A DNA stretch of 64,000 nucleotides from the human T2T-CHM13v2.0 reference genome, Homo sapiens. The notes beneath the pieces are model-generated. The model saw only the letters and a program-made list of their open reading frames with translations. It was not told the origin of the DNA and did no database searches. The position numbers and the translations under genes were made by a program. Shown piece after piece: positions 28,233-43,109 of this stretch. The DNA lies in the NCBI RefSeq assembly GCF_009914755.1, contig NC_060931.1. One strand, given 5' to 3'. Numbering within the stretch: position 1 is the first letter of the stretch; each line of letters opens with the position of its first letter.

Positions 28233-28909
28233 GGGCATTTGTCCCCGCGACAGAACCGCTGCCGCCATCGCTGTCATTTAAGATCGCCCGGGTCCCTCCG
28301 CCGCCACCATGTCTCTGGGAAGCCGCAGCGCGGCGGTCCGACCACCCAGCCCCCTCCCGCCGCGCCCTCTGCCCACCTGCCCCCACAGCCACCGCCTCCG
28401 GCAGCCGCCCCATCTCCGCCCCTTCCGGCCAGCCGAGCCTCATGGCTTAGATGGCGTCCATGGCCGCAGGGGTAGCCGTGGGCTCGGCTGTGGGACACGT
28501 CATGGGCAGCGCCCTGACCTGAGCCTTCAGATGGGGGAGCTCGGAGCCCGTCCAGCCTGCTGCCCAGCAGACCCCCACACGCGCTGCCCCCCAGCCCCTG
28601 CAGATGGGGTCCTGCGCCTACGAGATCCGGCAGTTCCTGGACTGTTCGACCACGCAGAGTGACCTGTCCCTGTGTGAAGGCTTCAGCGAGGCCCTGAAGC
28701 AGTGCAAGTACAACCATGGTCTGAGCTCCCTGCTCTGAAGAGGTTGGTGCAGACTGGGGGGCCAGCCCTGCACCCACCTCTACCCTTTGCCGACAGCTGG
28801 ACCACAACACCAGATTGTACCAGATGGCTGGGATTGGAAGTGTGGAGGTTTCTCACCCCACGAATAACCCAAGACACAAACGTGCAAATAAAAGAGTTTA
28901 TTAAAAAAA
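28233..28909 (+). pseudogene. CHCHD10 processed pseudogene (CDS remnant 28309-28738)
   Basis: Intronless. Translates AAGVAVGSAVGHVMGSALT...[46 protein letters not shown] (twin CX9C of CHCHD10). Has a +1 frameshift and stops at 28448-28450 and 28520-28522. AATAAA at 28887-28892 with a short A-tail. 16-bp TSD AGAAAATATCTATAAA at 28217-28232 and 28909-28924. Splits a MIR-like element. Confidence 0.93.
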
Positions 28910-31669
28910 GAAAATATCTATAAAAATGAGATAATAATAATGATAGTATTTTGTTAGGCTCAAATGACATAAAGCATGCAGTATAAAGTGGCATGCACAT
29001 AAGAAGTACTCAATAAACAATAGCTACTATTACTACACTCATAAGAATATTTATTACATTATTCATTTTCACATAGAACTGAGCTCTTTCAGAGAATAGT
29101 CTGTACATTTAATTCTGTGCATGTAAACTCACTGATTTTTCTGTTTTTCTGTGGCTAAGCAAAGAAAATAAGGAAAGTCAGAGAAATCTGCTGACCTATG
29201 GACTGCAAATTCAAATTCTGCCAATTTCAGAACACAAATATGGAGTTTTGATAATTACTCTGTAACTTTAGTTTATAAGTAAAATATAAAGAGAACGGGA
29301 CTACAGTAAAGTATAGCACGTGATTCAATCTCTCTGAATCCCTTAGCACTTTGCTAATTTGCTAGTTAAAAGTTGACTTAAAAGTGACAAGAAATTAAAT
29401 TAGGGATCTACAGAAGAGACACATCAATTATAGCAACAGGGGTGAGGGGATAAATTCTACTTGACATGAACGTGACAGGCATTTCTCTATCCTCAATCAT
29501 CTAATGAGAGTTGAGATTGTTTCTCTATTTTAAACTTAGTTATTGTTGTAAAGAACACTACGAGCACAATTGGATTAATCATACTATCGATTCATGAAGC
29601 ACTACAAGCATAAAGCACTATAATCATTTATCTAAATGTATATCACTTTTATGTTTCTTATTTGAGTCTACTACATGTTGGTGATTTATTTAATGAGTCA
29701 ACAAATACCTAAGACTCCTTCACTTAACTCAAGAACAAAAGCATTATTAATAATCTACATGCTCCTCCATATTAAGAAATCAACTAAAGAAGTACTAATT
29801 AATGATGATCTCTCAAGATTTGTCCAGTTTCCTGTTTTTTTACTCAAGGAACAGTCACACATCCTGTTCTGTTGGAGATGGGACCTTGGTGGTTTTGTGG
29901 AAAGTGAAACAAAACTAATAAAACCTTCTGGCTCCCTAGCTTGTCCTACTTATCTGAAGTCAAACATAATCCACTTATTGGGCCATCTGCAGGATTTCCT
30001 CCTTGGCTCATCCAAGTCCATTTTCCACATAACTCTGCCTTAAAAGTCTGACCGCCCTGGGCTGCATGGATGGTCTTCCCTATCCTGCAGGTGTTGTTTG
30101 GGGGTAGAAAATGGAAACATCAGCAGGCAGCTGGGAAATAGGAGCGTGGGGTCAGCGTTCCCTCCCTGAAAAGGGGCCTTAAGTTGGCTGCATCCTCCCC
30201 ACATTGGCCAATATGCAGTGCCATTTGCCCCACAGCCAGAGCTGATGTCCAGGATCCAAGAGGTGTGGGTAGGAGTCGCCATTCTCTTCTATTTCAGTTA
30301 GCTCACTGAAAAAAGTTGTTTCTTTTTTCCCAAGACCTTTGATCTACAGGCTTGAAAAATCCTAGTGTTCCAGGAAGACATACAAGCCCAATAAGCTGCC
30401 TTGAGCATTCAAATCACTAACATTTTCTTTAGCTCAGCACAGTGATCAGTAGGAAACAGGAGAAAAGGTAAGATTTTGCTTTTTACAAGAAGCAAACGTT
30501 GTTAGAGAAGAGGAAAGAAAAAGTAGTCAAGCAGAGCCCCTTCCAGGTCCTTCTAACCAACACATTTTACATATTGTCTCTAGGTGCTCAATAATGTGCA
30601 GGGATATGTTTAATATTATAAAACAGGAATTCTTTTTTTAAGTCAATTTTAAAATAAAATTAAAAAGTGATGTGTTTTCTATTAGACCATTTCAAAAGTA
30701 CAGAAATGACACAGATAAAAATACTCATGAGCGCAATGTCTGGAGATAAGCATTTCAAAGTCTGTGCCCTTTTTTTGTCTACCCCAGTCTGCCTCTTGTG
30801 AACCCCTTCACAGGACTGAAAGCAAAAAGCACCCGAGACAAAACAGTCAGCATGGATTTCCAGGTGGGTACAGCAACTTCTAGAATTGTGGTTTCTATAA
30901 GATGACTCCTGGGCAGTAGACATTACTTTTTCCATAGTACTTGTATGTGTGGGGAGTTCGGCAACAGATGATATGGTTTATGAAAATATTGCTTTCCAAG
31001 ATTTCCTTAGATTTTATTCAGATTTTATATTAACTAGATAATATAATGTTGATTCTATTATTCAGAGTCATTGTAGCTCACCCACCTCAGGTAGAAAAGA
31101 AAAGAAGTCGAACCCAAATCATCAGAATATTCAGGGCATCCATCCATACAACGCGTTGACCCATTAGGTAAAATGAACCCATCAATAATAATGAAAGTAT
31201 CAATCTCAATTCAACAGATATTCATTGAGCCCCTACTATATGCAGTACAGTATATTCTAATAAGATGCTGTCAGTGTTTCTGTGAATCCAAAACTTAAAC
31301 CATTTAATTGGCAAATATTAACTTACAGCTGGTTTGCCTCTGGCTAGTTTTCCTTTGGTGTGGCGAAAATGTTCCTGGTGAAGCTCACCTTAAGCAAAAG
31401 GAGAAGGGCAGGAGGAGTAAAGGACTATGAATTTCGACTTGTTTTTCCCCTATAATGGTCATCTGCACTATGCACAAGGCCACTGTCCTGTCCAGCTGTG
31501 TGTGAGTCAAAGGTCTTAGGGTACCATGACCAAAAGCTTAGAATTAAATTAATCTGGGATAACCTCTTGTAAGAGTTTCTTCATACTTAGCTATTCTCTC
31601 TATAAAATGTAATAGCCACACTATGATAGACGTAGCACTAAGCCCTGGATATATAAAGATGTGTATATG

Positions 31670-31963
<294 letters not shown>

Positions 31964-32011
31964 CCAGATGTGTGTATGTGTGTGTGTGTGTGTGTATGTT
32001 TTCTTGTATAT

Positions 32012-32364
32012 ATAGTCATACGCTGAATAATAATGTTTCAGTCAAAGATGGACAAATTATAATGAAACTGCCCTACACATGTGTAGCATTTTTTTTATAT
32101 TCTATTTTTACTGTACCTTTTCTATGCTATGTTTAAATACACAAATATTTATCAGTGTTACAATCGCATATAGCATTCAGTACAGCAACATGCTATGCAG
32201 GTTTGCAGCTTAGGAGCAATAAGCTATACCATATATCCTAGGTATGTAGTAGGCTGTACCATGTAGGTGTGTGTTAAGGGCACTCTACAATATCTGCACA
32301 ACAAGGACATTGCCAAAGGATGCATTTCTCAGGATGTTTTCCTGTCGTTAAGGGACACATGACT
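32012..32364. mobile_element. Tigger3-like non-autonomous DNA transposon
   Basis: Ends resemble the Tigger3 TIRs (AGTCATACGC...GTTAAGGGACACATGACT). Confidence 0.7.
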
Positions 32365-33085
32365 ATATATGTGTGCTTGCTGTTATTTTTTTGTTGTATC
32401 TAGTTTTGTCTCTTGTCAGATAACGCTGGGCTGTCACAATATGCCAAGCACTAGGCCAAATCCTTGAAATGCATCATGTCAGGAGTTCTCACAGCCACCC
32501 ATATGATAACCACAGGACCATTGCCTCACAGGTGAGGAAATGGGGCTAGAGAAGCTCAAGGCCTTGCCACACAGCTTATCCGTGGTAAGTAGAGCCCCAT
32601 TTGGACCTATGTCCTTCTGACATGACAGGCCCAGGTCTTGACCACTTTGTACATTATATGTATACTCAGATAATTATTGAGCTGTTGAAAAATCAAAGTA
32701 TCAGAGAAATTTGAGAAGATGAGACTAAGGATCATTCATCTCTGAACTCTTTCCCAGTGGAAATCTACTTTTCTCTATTTTATATTTGTAAGATCACATT
32801 TCAAGAAAGGGTTTCATGGCAAAAACATAAATTAAAACAACACCATCAACAATAATAAATTGCAAAGCCTGAGTTGAACTAGAAGTAACGAAAATTCATA
32901 AGAGACTTACAATCATGAGTTATATTCAAGTTGAGGACTGCCATTTTAGTGGTGAATGGCAGCCCAGTAGCAGAATGTGGTTCAACAGAAGCAACCTCGG
33001 GCCTTTGCAGAGCGTATGGGCCTTGTAATTTCTGCTGTGCATAATGCCTGGCTCAGAGTAGTCTATCAAAAGCTCATGGTTGGAT

Positions 33086-33313
33086 GACCAGGCACGGTGG
33101 CTCACGCCTGTAATCCCAGCACTTTGGAAGGCTGAGGTGGGCAGATCACGAGGTCAGGAGGAGATAGAGACCATCCTGGCCAACATGGCGAAACCCCGTC
33201 TCTATTAAAAATACAAAAAAATTAGATGGGCGTGGTGGCACGCACCTGTAGTCTCAGCTACTTGGGAAACTGAGGTAGAAGAATCGCTTGAACCCGGGAG
33301 GCAGAGGTTGCAG
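33086..33313 (+). mobile_element. 3'-truncated Alu
   Basis: Ends at GAGGTTGCAGC with no tail. Confidence 0.88.
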
Positions 33314-33896
33314 CAAATGAATTTTTTCTCAAACCCCAATCCAAAGTGGACTTTGACTTAGATTCGATTAGTGGAAGTGTTTACGGATTTTGTACAAAAT
33401 CAAACATCACCACTCAAGGCATGCATGTGATAGATTTGTCATTGCAGTCTGCCCTGCTCGTGGTTAGATCATGCTGCGTTTGTTACATGTTAACCTCCAG
33501 AAAAATGAATACCATTTAATGTCATATCCATTTTTTAATCGAGAGAAATAGGAAGGTCAGAGAAAACTTATGTAATGCATATTGACTAGTACAAAAGAAT
33601 CACACTAAAAATGTGTATATATTATACCAGAAAAAAAATATATAATGAGTAGGAGAGGTTGAACCAGAAAAATAAGCATGGGTGACCTAGAAAAGCTGTT
33701 GGTGAGAGAGTACAACCCTGAAAAAGAGGAGGCTGGTCACTTGTATAGACTTATGCAAAGCTTCTGCTTTGAGAAAATATGTGGAATTTGGCAACTCCAA
33801 GTAGAGTCACCACATGAATGTTTATCTTAAAAACTGTTTACAAGCACACTGGTGGTAACTGTGGCTTCCCAATTCGTAATTATAAACAAAGACTCA

Positions 33897-34418
<522 letters not shown>

Positions 34419-37334
34419 GTCTGCAGGCACTGTGCTTTCTGCCAGGGCAGCCTGAAATCACCGCAGAGAAGCGTTAGACCTCTGTGGCTTGGCTGAGTCC
34501 ACCAAGTCAAACTTCCCATGGGTGAGGGTGACATGGGGCCCCCTGCATCGTTGTAAAGCGGTGTCCTCACCACCTGTTAGCACTTCCAGTCTGTGTGAAG
34601 ACAGTCCTGCAAGGTCTGCAGCCTGAGATCAGACCACATAGTTTAGACGGCCACCTCAGACCACAAGGCGGCCACCCCAGCAAGTTGTCAGGCTGGTGTT
34701 GTTGGTTGCTGGGGCTGTGACATGCAGCATTGTCTTCTGAGAGCTTGTCTTCAACCAGCTGGAGAGATGTTGGTCCGTCAAGCCGCTTAGCTCTGCTCAG
34801 CTACCCACACAGCCTGCAGCACGGGGTCCTTCTGGTCACCTTCATGAGGCTGGGCCCTCCATCCCAGTTTGTTTGCTTCTGTTGAAGATTCAGGTTCCTG
34901 TCCCCTCCCTCAGCTACCTGAATAATGTACATCTCCTGAATCCCGGCTTCTCCTCAATGACAGTTTCCTATTGTCTGTTGTTCTTTCTCTAAGCCAAGAC
35001 ATTTAATCCGTCCCAAGGTATTTTTACAAACTGCTCTCCCCAGTGCATCCCTTAAAAGCTGCTGTGTTCCAGATTTCCATGCTTAATTTACCCACTGGGA
35101 GCTGCAGCTCACTGCCACTGCCCAGCATCGCAAGAGAGTATCATAACCTTATATCACTGTCCTGGGGAAACAGCAAAGGTCAAATTATGTTTTCTACCAA
35201 ATGCGTGTCACTTTTGCACCATCATAAAGTAAAAAAAAATCTTAAGTCGGACCTCAGTTAAATCGAAAGCTGTCTGTACCCATATCCAGCTAACTCTTGG
35301 ACATTTTCAAGTACGTCTGACATGGGATCTCAAACAAAGTCTGCTCATAGCCAGAGTGAACTCATTCCCTTCCCCCAAACCATATCTTCTTCCGAGTTCC
35401 CTGTATGACATAACTACCCACATTGCGCAAGCCAGGAGCTTGAGCATCAGCCTCAATTCTCCCCTCTAATTCACCGCACTCTAATTCCTGAGGATTCTAC
35501 GTCCTAAACATTTCCTGGCTCACCACTGCCTCCACCTCACGCACCTCCATACATCCCATCTCGGCCCCTCCCACCCACCTTCCCCATGGCCACTAGACTG
35601 ACCTGGTCCTTTTCCTGCTCTAAAGTCCTTGCTCTCTCTACCTTGCCTCTGAAGATGAAGTCCAGAGTTCTTAGGATAAGAGGTTCTCTGTGATGTGGCC
35701 ACCCCCTCCCTGTCCTTCCATCTTCATTTAGTCACTCTCTGCCTGGAATTCCACGACCCACTTCTATGGATTGACTTGAATTTTTTTGTGTTTGGACTGC
35801 ATTCTACTCCACATTCCCTGGCTAATTCCTGTTTATCCTTCTGGGCTCAGCCCCAGGCAGTCTTCCCCAGGAAGCTTACCTCACCCAGTAAGTCCAGGAT
35901 GGAGATGCTTCAAATTGCTTTCTCCTCACGCCACCTAGTGCCTTCCTCTCTCCTAGCACCTCCTACCCAAGTCTTGGCCTGTTTACCCATTTCTCTCTCA
36001 TTCTAAACGACAGTTAAGAGTTCCCAGGGGAGTAAGATCATGTGCTGTTTATCTCTCTATTCCCAGGTGTTTGTTGAATAGATGAAAGGGTGGAGTGAGG
36101 GAATGGATGGCCATTGTAGTATTTTTTTGTCGTTCTGATGTTAACAAAACATCACCATTTAAAATACAGTTTTTAAAGAGTTACCAAGCAATGGACACTT
36201 AGTGAATGCCTTTAATGTGTCAAGCAGTTTGTAGCCATTATGATGTTTAATACCATAAATTTAGTATAATCTTCACAAAGCACTACTCAAAGCAGGTCAG
36301 GTAATGGGTCAAGGTTTAACAGCTTGTTGGTGACAGATTTAAGATTAATTCTATCGGGCTGCAAAGCCTGAGCTCTTTGAGTAGTTCTCTCTGCCTCTGT
36401 TTTCTTATCTACCAAAGGAGAATAAAATCACAGCCTACCTTACTGGATGTTGCAAAGAATAAATGTTTGCCCAGGTAGACTGTTTAGGGCAATGCCTGAC
36501 ACAGAGCAAGCCCTTGGAAACTGATGGTGATTTCTGTTATACTCTCCCATGCTGCCTTCTGTGAACTTGCCCCTGCTCACCAGCAGCAATGCACCAGCCA
36601 TGCCCTTGTCTTGCTAAGACAGACTAGCTGGGAGGCTCCCTAAAGCAAGAGACGATGAGAGGGAAAGAACTTGGGACCATTTCTAAGAAACAAAACTTGA
36701 AAATCTGGTGATGATGCCTCTGAAGGTGAGATCACTTAGGAAAGATAAAATCTTGGTCTCTAAGCTGGTCTATCACCCTGGAGGTTGAGGCTGAAACCAG
36801 GTAGTATAATTCAGAGGGAGATCGATTTTGGACATTGCTGTTTTCTTTATTTTGGAGATGAGGAAACTGATGGCTAGGAAATTTAAGAACTCGCTCAAGC
36901 TCACAGCGTTCATGAAGAGTACAGCAGGTGTTGGTGAGGAGTGAAGGTGGAGGTTTGTGGTGGTAAAGGTTCACTGCAGTGGCAGAGTCTCCTCTTGAGG
37001 AAATGAAAGATGTTGTTCCGTAAGGAGGTGACTGGGGAGCTTGCTCCTCCATTTGGCCACACCCTGATAGTCACCATTTCACCAAATTTACTCTTGTTTG
37101 GAGTAAAGCACTGAGAGAGGGGGCAGGCAGAAGAGGAGGCATCTCCTCTCTGTGCCCATTTGGTTTTATCAGCACAATTAGAAAAATGAAATGAAGGAAC
37201 AACTCCAAAACAGAATGAAAGTTTCCTCCTGTATGGCCTCTGTCCTTCTCACACAAGTTGGAAGGCCTTAGCCGTGAACTGAGCCTTCAGTAGAGGTTAG
37301 AGACGCTGGGCTGTTTCAGAAGCAAGGCGTAGCG

Positions 37335-38105
37335 TTTTTTTTTTTATTTCTTGTTGCTCAGACTGGAGTGCAATGGCACGATCTCGGCTCACCACAACCC
37401 CTGCCTCCTGGGTTCAAGTGATTCTCCTTTTGTTTTTTATTTGTATAAATTTAAGGAGTACAAGTGCAATTTTGTTACACACATATAATGCACAGTGGTA
37501 AAGTCTTGGCTTTTAGTATACCCCACACCTGGATAATACTCATTGTGATGTGAAATTACTTAATTTCCATCTGTATTCCTTCTGCCCCCCACCACCCTTA
37601 CAAGCCTCCAATGTCTGGTTCCACACCCTATGTCCACTTGTACACATTATTTAGCTCCCACTTATAAGTGAGAACATCCAGTATTTGTCTTTCTATTTCT
37701 GAGTTGTTTCACTTTAGATAATGGCCTCCCGCTTCCTCCATGTTTCTGCAAAAAACAGGACTTCATTCTTTTGTATGGATAAGCAGTATTCCATTGTGTG
37801 TATATACCACATTTATTATGGATGAATAGTACTCCACTGTGTATATATACCACATTTTCTTTATCCAGCCATCCACTAATGGACATTTAGGTTGATTCCA
37901 TATTTTTGCTATTATGAACAGTGCTGTGATAAATATATGAATGCAGTCTAATATAATGATTTATTTTTCTTTGGGTGGATATCCAGTTATGGGATTGCTG
38001 GATTGAATGGTAGTTCTATTTTTAGTTCTTTGAGAAATTTCCATACTGTTTTCTAGAGAAGTTGTACTAATTTACATTCTCATCAACAGTGTATTAAGCA
38101 TTCTC
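37335..38105 (-). mobile_element. Partial Alu (37335-37428) plus L1 3' fragment (L1MA/PB-like)
   Basis: Alu right-arm piece, then antisense L1 3' end (CTCCCACTTATAAGTGAGAAC..., GGGATTGCTGGATTGAATGGTAGTTC). Confidence 0.85.
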
Positions 38106-38777
38106 TTGAAAAGGCATTTAAATTCAGCTTAGACTTCAAAGAATTTCTTTTTTTTCTGCACATAGAGCAGCAGAGGGGTTTCCTGTTTGGTGCTGGAGGA
38201 TCAGTAACACAGGCTTTCTTTTTTTTCTTTCATTTATTCTATGTTAAAAAAGACTGCTTTATATGAAGGTAGTGGGCATAGTGATCTTATGTGTATGGCT
38301 TTGCTTTAATACAAAAATCATAGTCATATAACTTAGCAGACATTTGGCTAAACCCCCTCATTTGTCAGATAGGAGAACAAAAGTCTAGAGAAGCTTGGGA
38401 TACACACGTGTTCCACACTGGGGTGCTGTTGAAGGAGAAGTGGAAGGTAAATGTCTCATCCAGGGAGGACTGCATCACCCTGCCATGGCGACTGTCTACT
38501 CACATCAGTTCCTATGCAGCCCGCCCACGGGTGAAAGTACTGAGAAGTGGGCAGTCATGTTTCCCATGCTTCTAATTGCTGACTCTATTGCAAAATGATA
38601 ACAGTCCCAGGGCCAAGAGCTTGGAAGCTGGAAACAGGAGTAGGCTTCTAGTCTCAGCTTTTCAACCATTTTGTGGTAAATCTCAGCAAGTCCTCCACCC
38701 TTGAAATCTCTTCCAAAATATTTTATTTGTGCATTCTTCAGGGGAGATGGTCAGATTCTTAAATGATCAGTCTCTAA

Positions 38778-39080
38778 CAGCACTGTCCAACAGAAATAAA
38801 TGAGTCACCAATGTGAGTCACACACTTTAATTTTTTTAGTTGCTGCATTAAAAAAAGTAAAGAGAAACAGGTAAAATTAGTTTTAATGCTATTGGCTTTA
38901 GTCCAAGATACCTAATCATTTCAACTTTTGATCATTATAAGAGTTATCTCACTTTTAACACTAAAGCTTCAAAATATGATTTTAGACACACAGCCCATCT
39001 CAGCTTGGACTATTGCACTTGGTATGTTTCCCATGCTCAATAGCCACAGGTGGCTAGTGGCACCTGCATTCAGGAGCACA
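38778..39080. mobile_element. MER33/MER3-like hAT element
   Basis: CAGCACTGTCCAACAGAA...AATAGCCACAGGTGGCTAGTGGC. Confidence 0.7.
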
Positions 39081-39331
39081 GGTCATCCTGCAAAGGCTTC
39101 AGAGACACTGAACTGGAGCATCTTTAAACAGACCCCTTTCGATGAGATATAGATCACTGAGTCTGCACAAGCTGAAAGCCTCATCTGTAGTGGGACCGGG
39201 GAAGGGACCTCCAGGATAGATGGGGAGGTGAGGGACAGGGGATAAGACTTTTTTCTTCTATGCCACAGGGAAACCCAAGGGACCAAGAGTAAGTGAAAAT
39301 GCCCAAGGCCTTGTTGGATCGAGAGGAAGAG

Positions 39332-39369
39332 TCCTTTTGTGTAGGGCTGGGGCAGCATGCAAGGCTGCG
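39332..39369 (-). other. TRGVA defective RSS
   Basis: Heptamer CGCAGCC (invariant CAC lost), 22 bp, ACAAAAGGA. Confidence 0.75.
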
Positions 39370-39787
39370 CAGGGCCCAGGTTGTGCAGTAGTTCGTGCCC
39401 TCGATGCCTGTCTCCAACTTCAGTACTGCCAAGATAGAGCTGCTGCCATCCTTGGCTATGATTTTATCTGCTTTCAGGATGGAATCCCACTGCACATCCA
39501 ACTTGGACATGGCCAGCTGGTGGAGTGCCTCAGGGACCTGGCCCTTCTGCTGGTACCAGTGGGTGTAGCTGATCCTGGTGCGGACCACGCACTGCAGGAT
39601 GACCAAGCTTCCCTAGTGCCCCAGGACATGGGCCAGCTGCTCCGGCCTGATGAGCCACCAGCCAGCTGTCAGGGAGAGAGCAGTGAGGTAGGGATGTCCC
39701 AAAGCCTCGCCACCTCTACACAGGTCCTTAGGTAGGAGACTGACCTGGAAACAGGATGACCCAAAGGAAGGCAGGGCAGCCCAGCAT
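39370..39787 (-). pseudogene. TRGVA: T cell receptor gamma variable A pseudogene; leader 39787-39745, V exon 39665-39370
   Basis: Leader MLGCPAFLWVILFP. Exon LIRPEQLAHVLGH*GSLVILQCVVRTRISYTHWYQQK...NYCTTWAL has an in-frame TAG at 39615-39613. Confidence 0.92.
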
Positions 39788-41888
39788 ATCTCTGATCCTG
39801 ACTGGGGGAGAGGAGCCCAGAGTGACCTGTTTCAAACTATGGACCTGAGCCACACTTTCCTGAGTTATGGTAGCGACCAGCTTAGGGCCTGAACTGCTAT
39901 TTCCCTGGTGGTGCAAGGAGGTAACTGATGAGAGAAATGGGGGAGGAAGAAAGAAGTTCCAGAGGAGAGACAGAAATCTGACCACAAGGTGAAGGGAGGG
40001 ATGACCAATGGCTAGAGTGCTGAAAAAGGCTTAAAGAGTGTTGCTGGTATAATTAGCAATAATAGCAATCATTGGTTGGACACCAGCAAAACTCTTGCAC
40101 TGCACTAATTGGTTTAGGGCCATTGCTTTATTAAATCCTAAAATAACTCTATAGGACAAATGTTATCTTCAGTTTAGAAATGAAGGAGTAAGGCTGTTAT
40201 TTTAAGTAGCTTTTCCAAGGCTGTAATACCTAAAGAGAATCAGAGTTGGGAGAGAAGCCAGGCCAGGCTGGTGACAAATTTCTGCTTCATGTAACCATCT
40301 TATACTCAGAGAACAATGAGTGTGCTGCTTGCTCCAGAGGAAGGGACAAACACAAAACAGCAATCCCTAAAAAAACCCATGCCAACCGTCTGAGCCAGCA
40401 TCGGAGCGTGTCACCCAGAGGTCCTAGTAGAAGGAGATTTTCAGTGCCCTAAAATAACATGATAGCTGTGTAGTCTTGGGCAAGTTGTTTCACCTCTTTT
40501 TCCTCATCTGTAAAGAGAGGTGTCATAGGGCCACATGGACAGTAAACAGGAGAATGTGAGCAGAGCACGCAGCACAATCCCAGCTGCATAGACCATGCTC
40601 AAGAAATGTGGGGTGTTGTTGTTTCACCTGGAAACTGGATGGGTTCCAGTAAATGATCTCTGGGGTTCACACAAAGTAGAAATTATAGGGACTAATGCAG
40701 TTTTCAAGAACCAGGTGTGTGCGTGCGTGTGTGTGAGTGTGTGTGTGTCTCCAAAGGAAGAAGGCTAAGTCAGGCCAGCAGACAGAGAGGGCCTGGAGGC
40801 AGGACCAGCTCATCCTCTGCCAGTGGCACGTCCTTGGAAATGGTGAAGACTGTGCATTGGGAAGGGCCAGCGAAGGACACACCTGCCAAAGGCTTGGAGA
40901 AATAGACCCAGCCTTGAGTTCCTACTGAAATGAAGGTTCATTTTCAGCTTTGCTAATGACACCCAGGACCTCCTGAGTAGTCAAAGAGATGGCCATGAGG
41001 GGAAGGTTGTGGGCATGGCAAGAAAAGGGGTCTGGCTTGGGAAGGGAAGCTGTGAGTCCCTGGGCTCCCAAGACCAGACCCAGTTCCTGAGCTTCTCTTC
41101 GATGGCAAAAACTGAAAGTCATGATTCCAGTTTTCAGCATTCTCACATGCAGGGCTTAGGGTTGTGCTGAGTTGGTGAGAAGGTGGTCAAATACAAAGCT
41201 AGCAGAACGTTTTGACAGAGGGATATTCTGGGGCTATCATTTATACACTCTGTAGACCTTTAGCCCAGGGGTGGGCTAGGGTAATGGGAAAGAAAGTGAC
41301 AGCTATGGTCAGAAAAGGTCAACGCAGGGAAATGACAGGTAGAAAGTGCAAAATACAGACAGTGAGCAATGGAAATGGGCAAATTATTTGTCTTCAATCT
41401 TTCTCTATTTTCTAGATTTTTTTAGAAATAAGAAAATATTATTTTAGAGGAGAAAAAAATTATAACAACTACATATGTTTTCAATATTCAAATTGGTTAT
41501 TTAATTGCACCTTGTGCTTATAAGGTGCAATATGCACATGAAAAAAGTGATATGTTTCATTTTAGTCTCGTCATAACAAATCAAACCATATTAGAGTCAC
41601 ATCTGAGGTAATATACCAAGTCAACATGGCATTGCATAATGAAGTGCAGTGGAAAGCCTCATCCTGAAGGCATATCTTGAAGGTAAATTTAATAGAAAAA
41701 AAAAAAACTTCAGTAATGCTTACAAGATACTTATGTCATCACCGATTCATGCACAAATTTGGTTATTACTATTCTATAATAAATTTGGTGACATTTGGAC
41801 AACCTCATTGGTGAGAATAATTTTTGTAAAGTTTCCGCTTTCTAATTTTTTTGTTTGTTTATTTCAATAGTTTCGGGGGAATAGGTAG

Positions 41889-42348
<460 letters not shown>

Positions 42349-43109
42349 TAATAGAATCTGCTGTAAACCTGCAGCCATACATTCTGTCTGGTGACATTTG
42401 CTTTCCTTTCCTCTACTTGTCTTCCCAATTCGGTGGCCCTGTGCTCTTCTCAATGTAGCACTTACAGGTTCTATTTGTCTAAATTAGACACGTTTAAAAT
42501 AATAATATGGGGGAAATCTTGGGCAAAACGCAGTCAAGGTGTAGGAGGGCTTGCCCTCTCAAGCCCTGGGTGGCGTTTGAAGGATTCTGACCAAGATCCC
42601 AGATCTCCAGGGAAAGAGAAATGCGATGCTGGGCGAGGGAGAGGTGTGTCCTCTCATCCCATGTCATCCAGTCACTGCCCAGGTGGAAGCAGACCTCAGC
42701 CAGCGTGGGATAGGGCTGCAGTGGTGAGGAAGAGCAGATCCAGGCTGAGGCGGCCCCTGCATGAAGATCCAGGGACTAAGGGCTGGACCTTTAAAGTCAC
42801 GCATCCCCTGCATCTTCCACGTGATTTATCCGACCCAGGACAGTGCTCTTCTGGCCATGCTAGAATCTGAGAACTCATCTAATCAGACTTTGTCATTTTG
42901 TCATGTAGGATAAATTGGGTATTCCCAGGATGACAGTTATTAGCAAAATTGACAAGACTGGGACACCAGAAAGAGGAATGCCACTGAAGGGTTTTGATGA
43001 GAAGACTGTGGATGAAATTTTATTTCTTTTGTTTCCAATTTACAACTTCATAGCACTGTTTGTTGAATAAAAGTTTTTGTTAAATCTGTATTTTGTGGGA
43101 ATTAGTAAT

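Noticed and set aside
28309-28738. CHCHD2 as the parent gene
   Set aside because: [40 protein letters not shown] and the HGLSSL end match CHCHD10 rather than CHCHD2.
28274-28810. 178-aa minus-strand ORF and other overlapping ORFs
   Set aside because: These are shadow frames of the GC-rich CHCHD10 retrocopy, with no independent support.
40750-40815. Leader-like MSWSCLQALSVCWP on the minus strand
   Set aside because: It has no splice donor at the 43-nt position and no downstream V exon.
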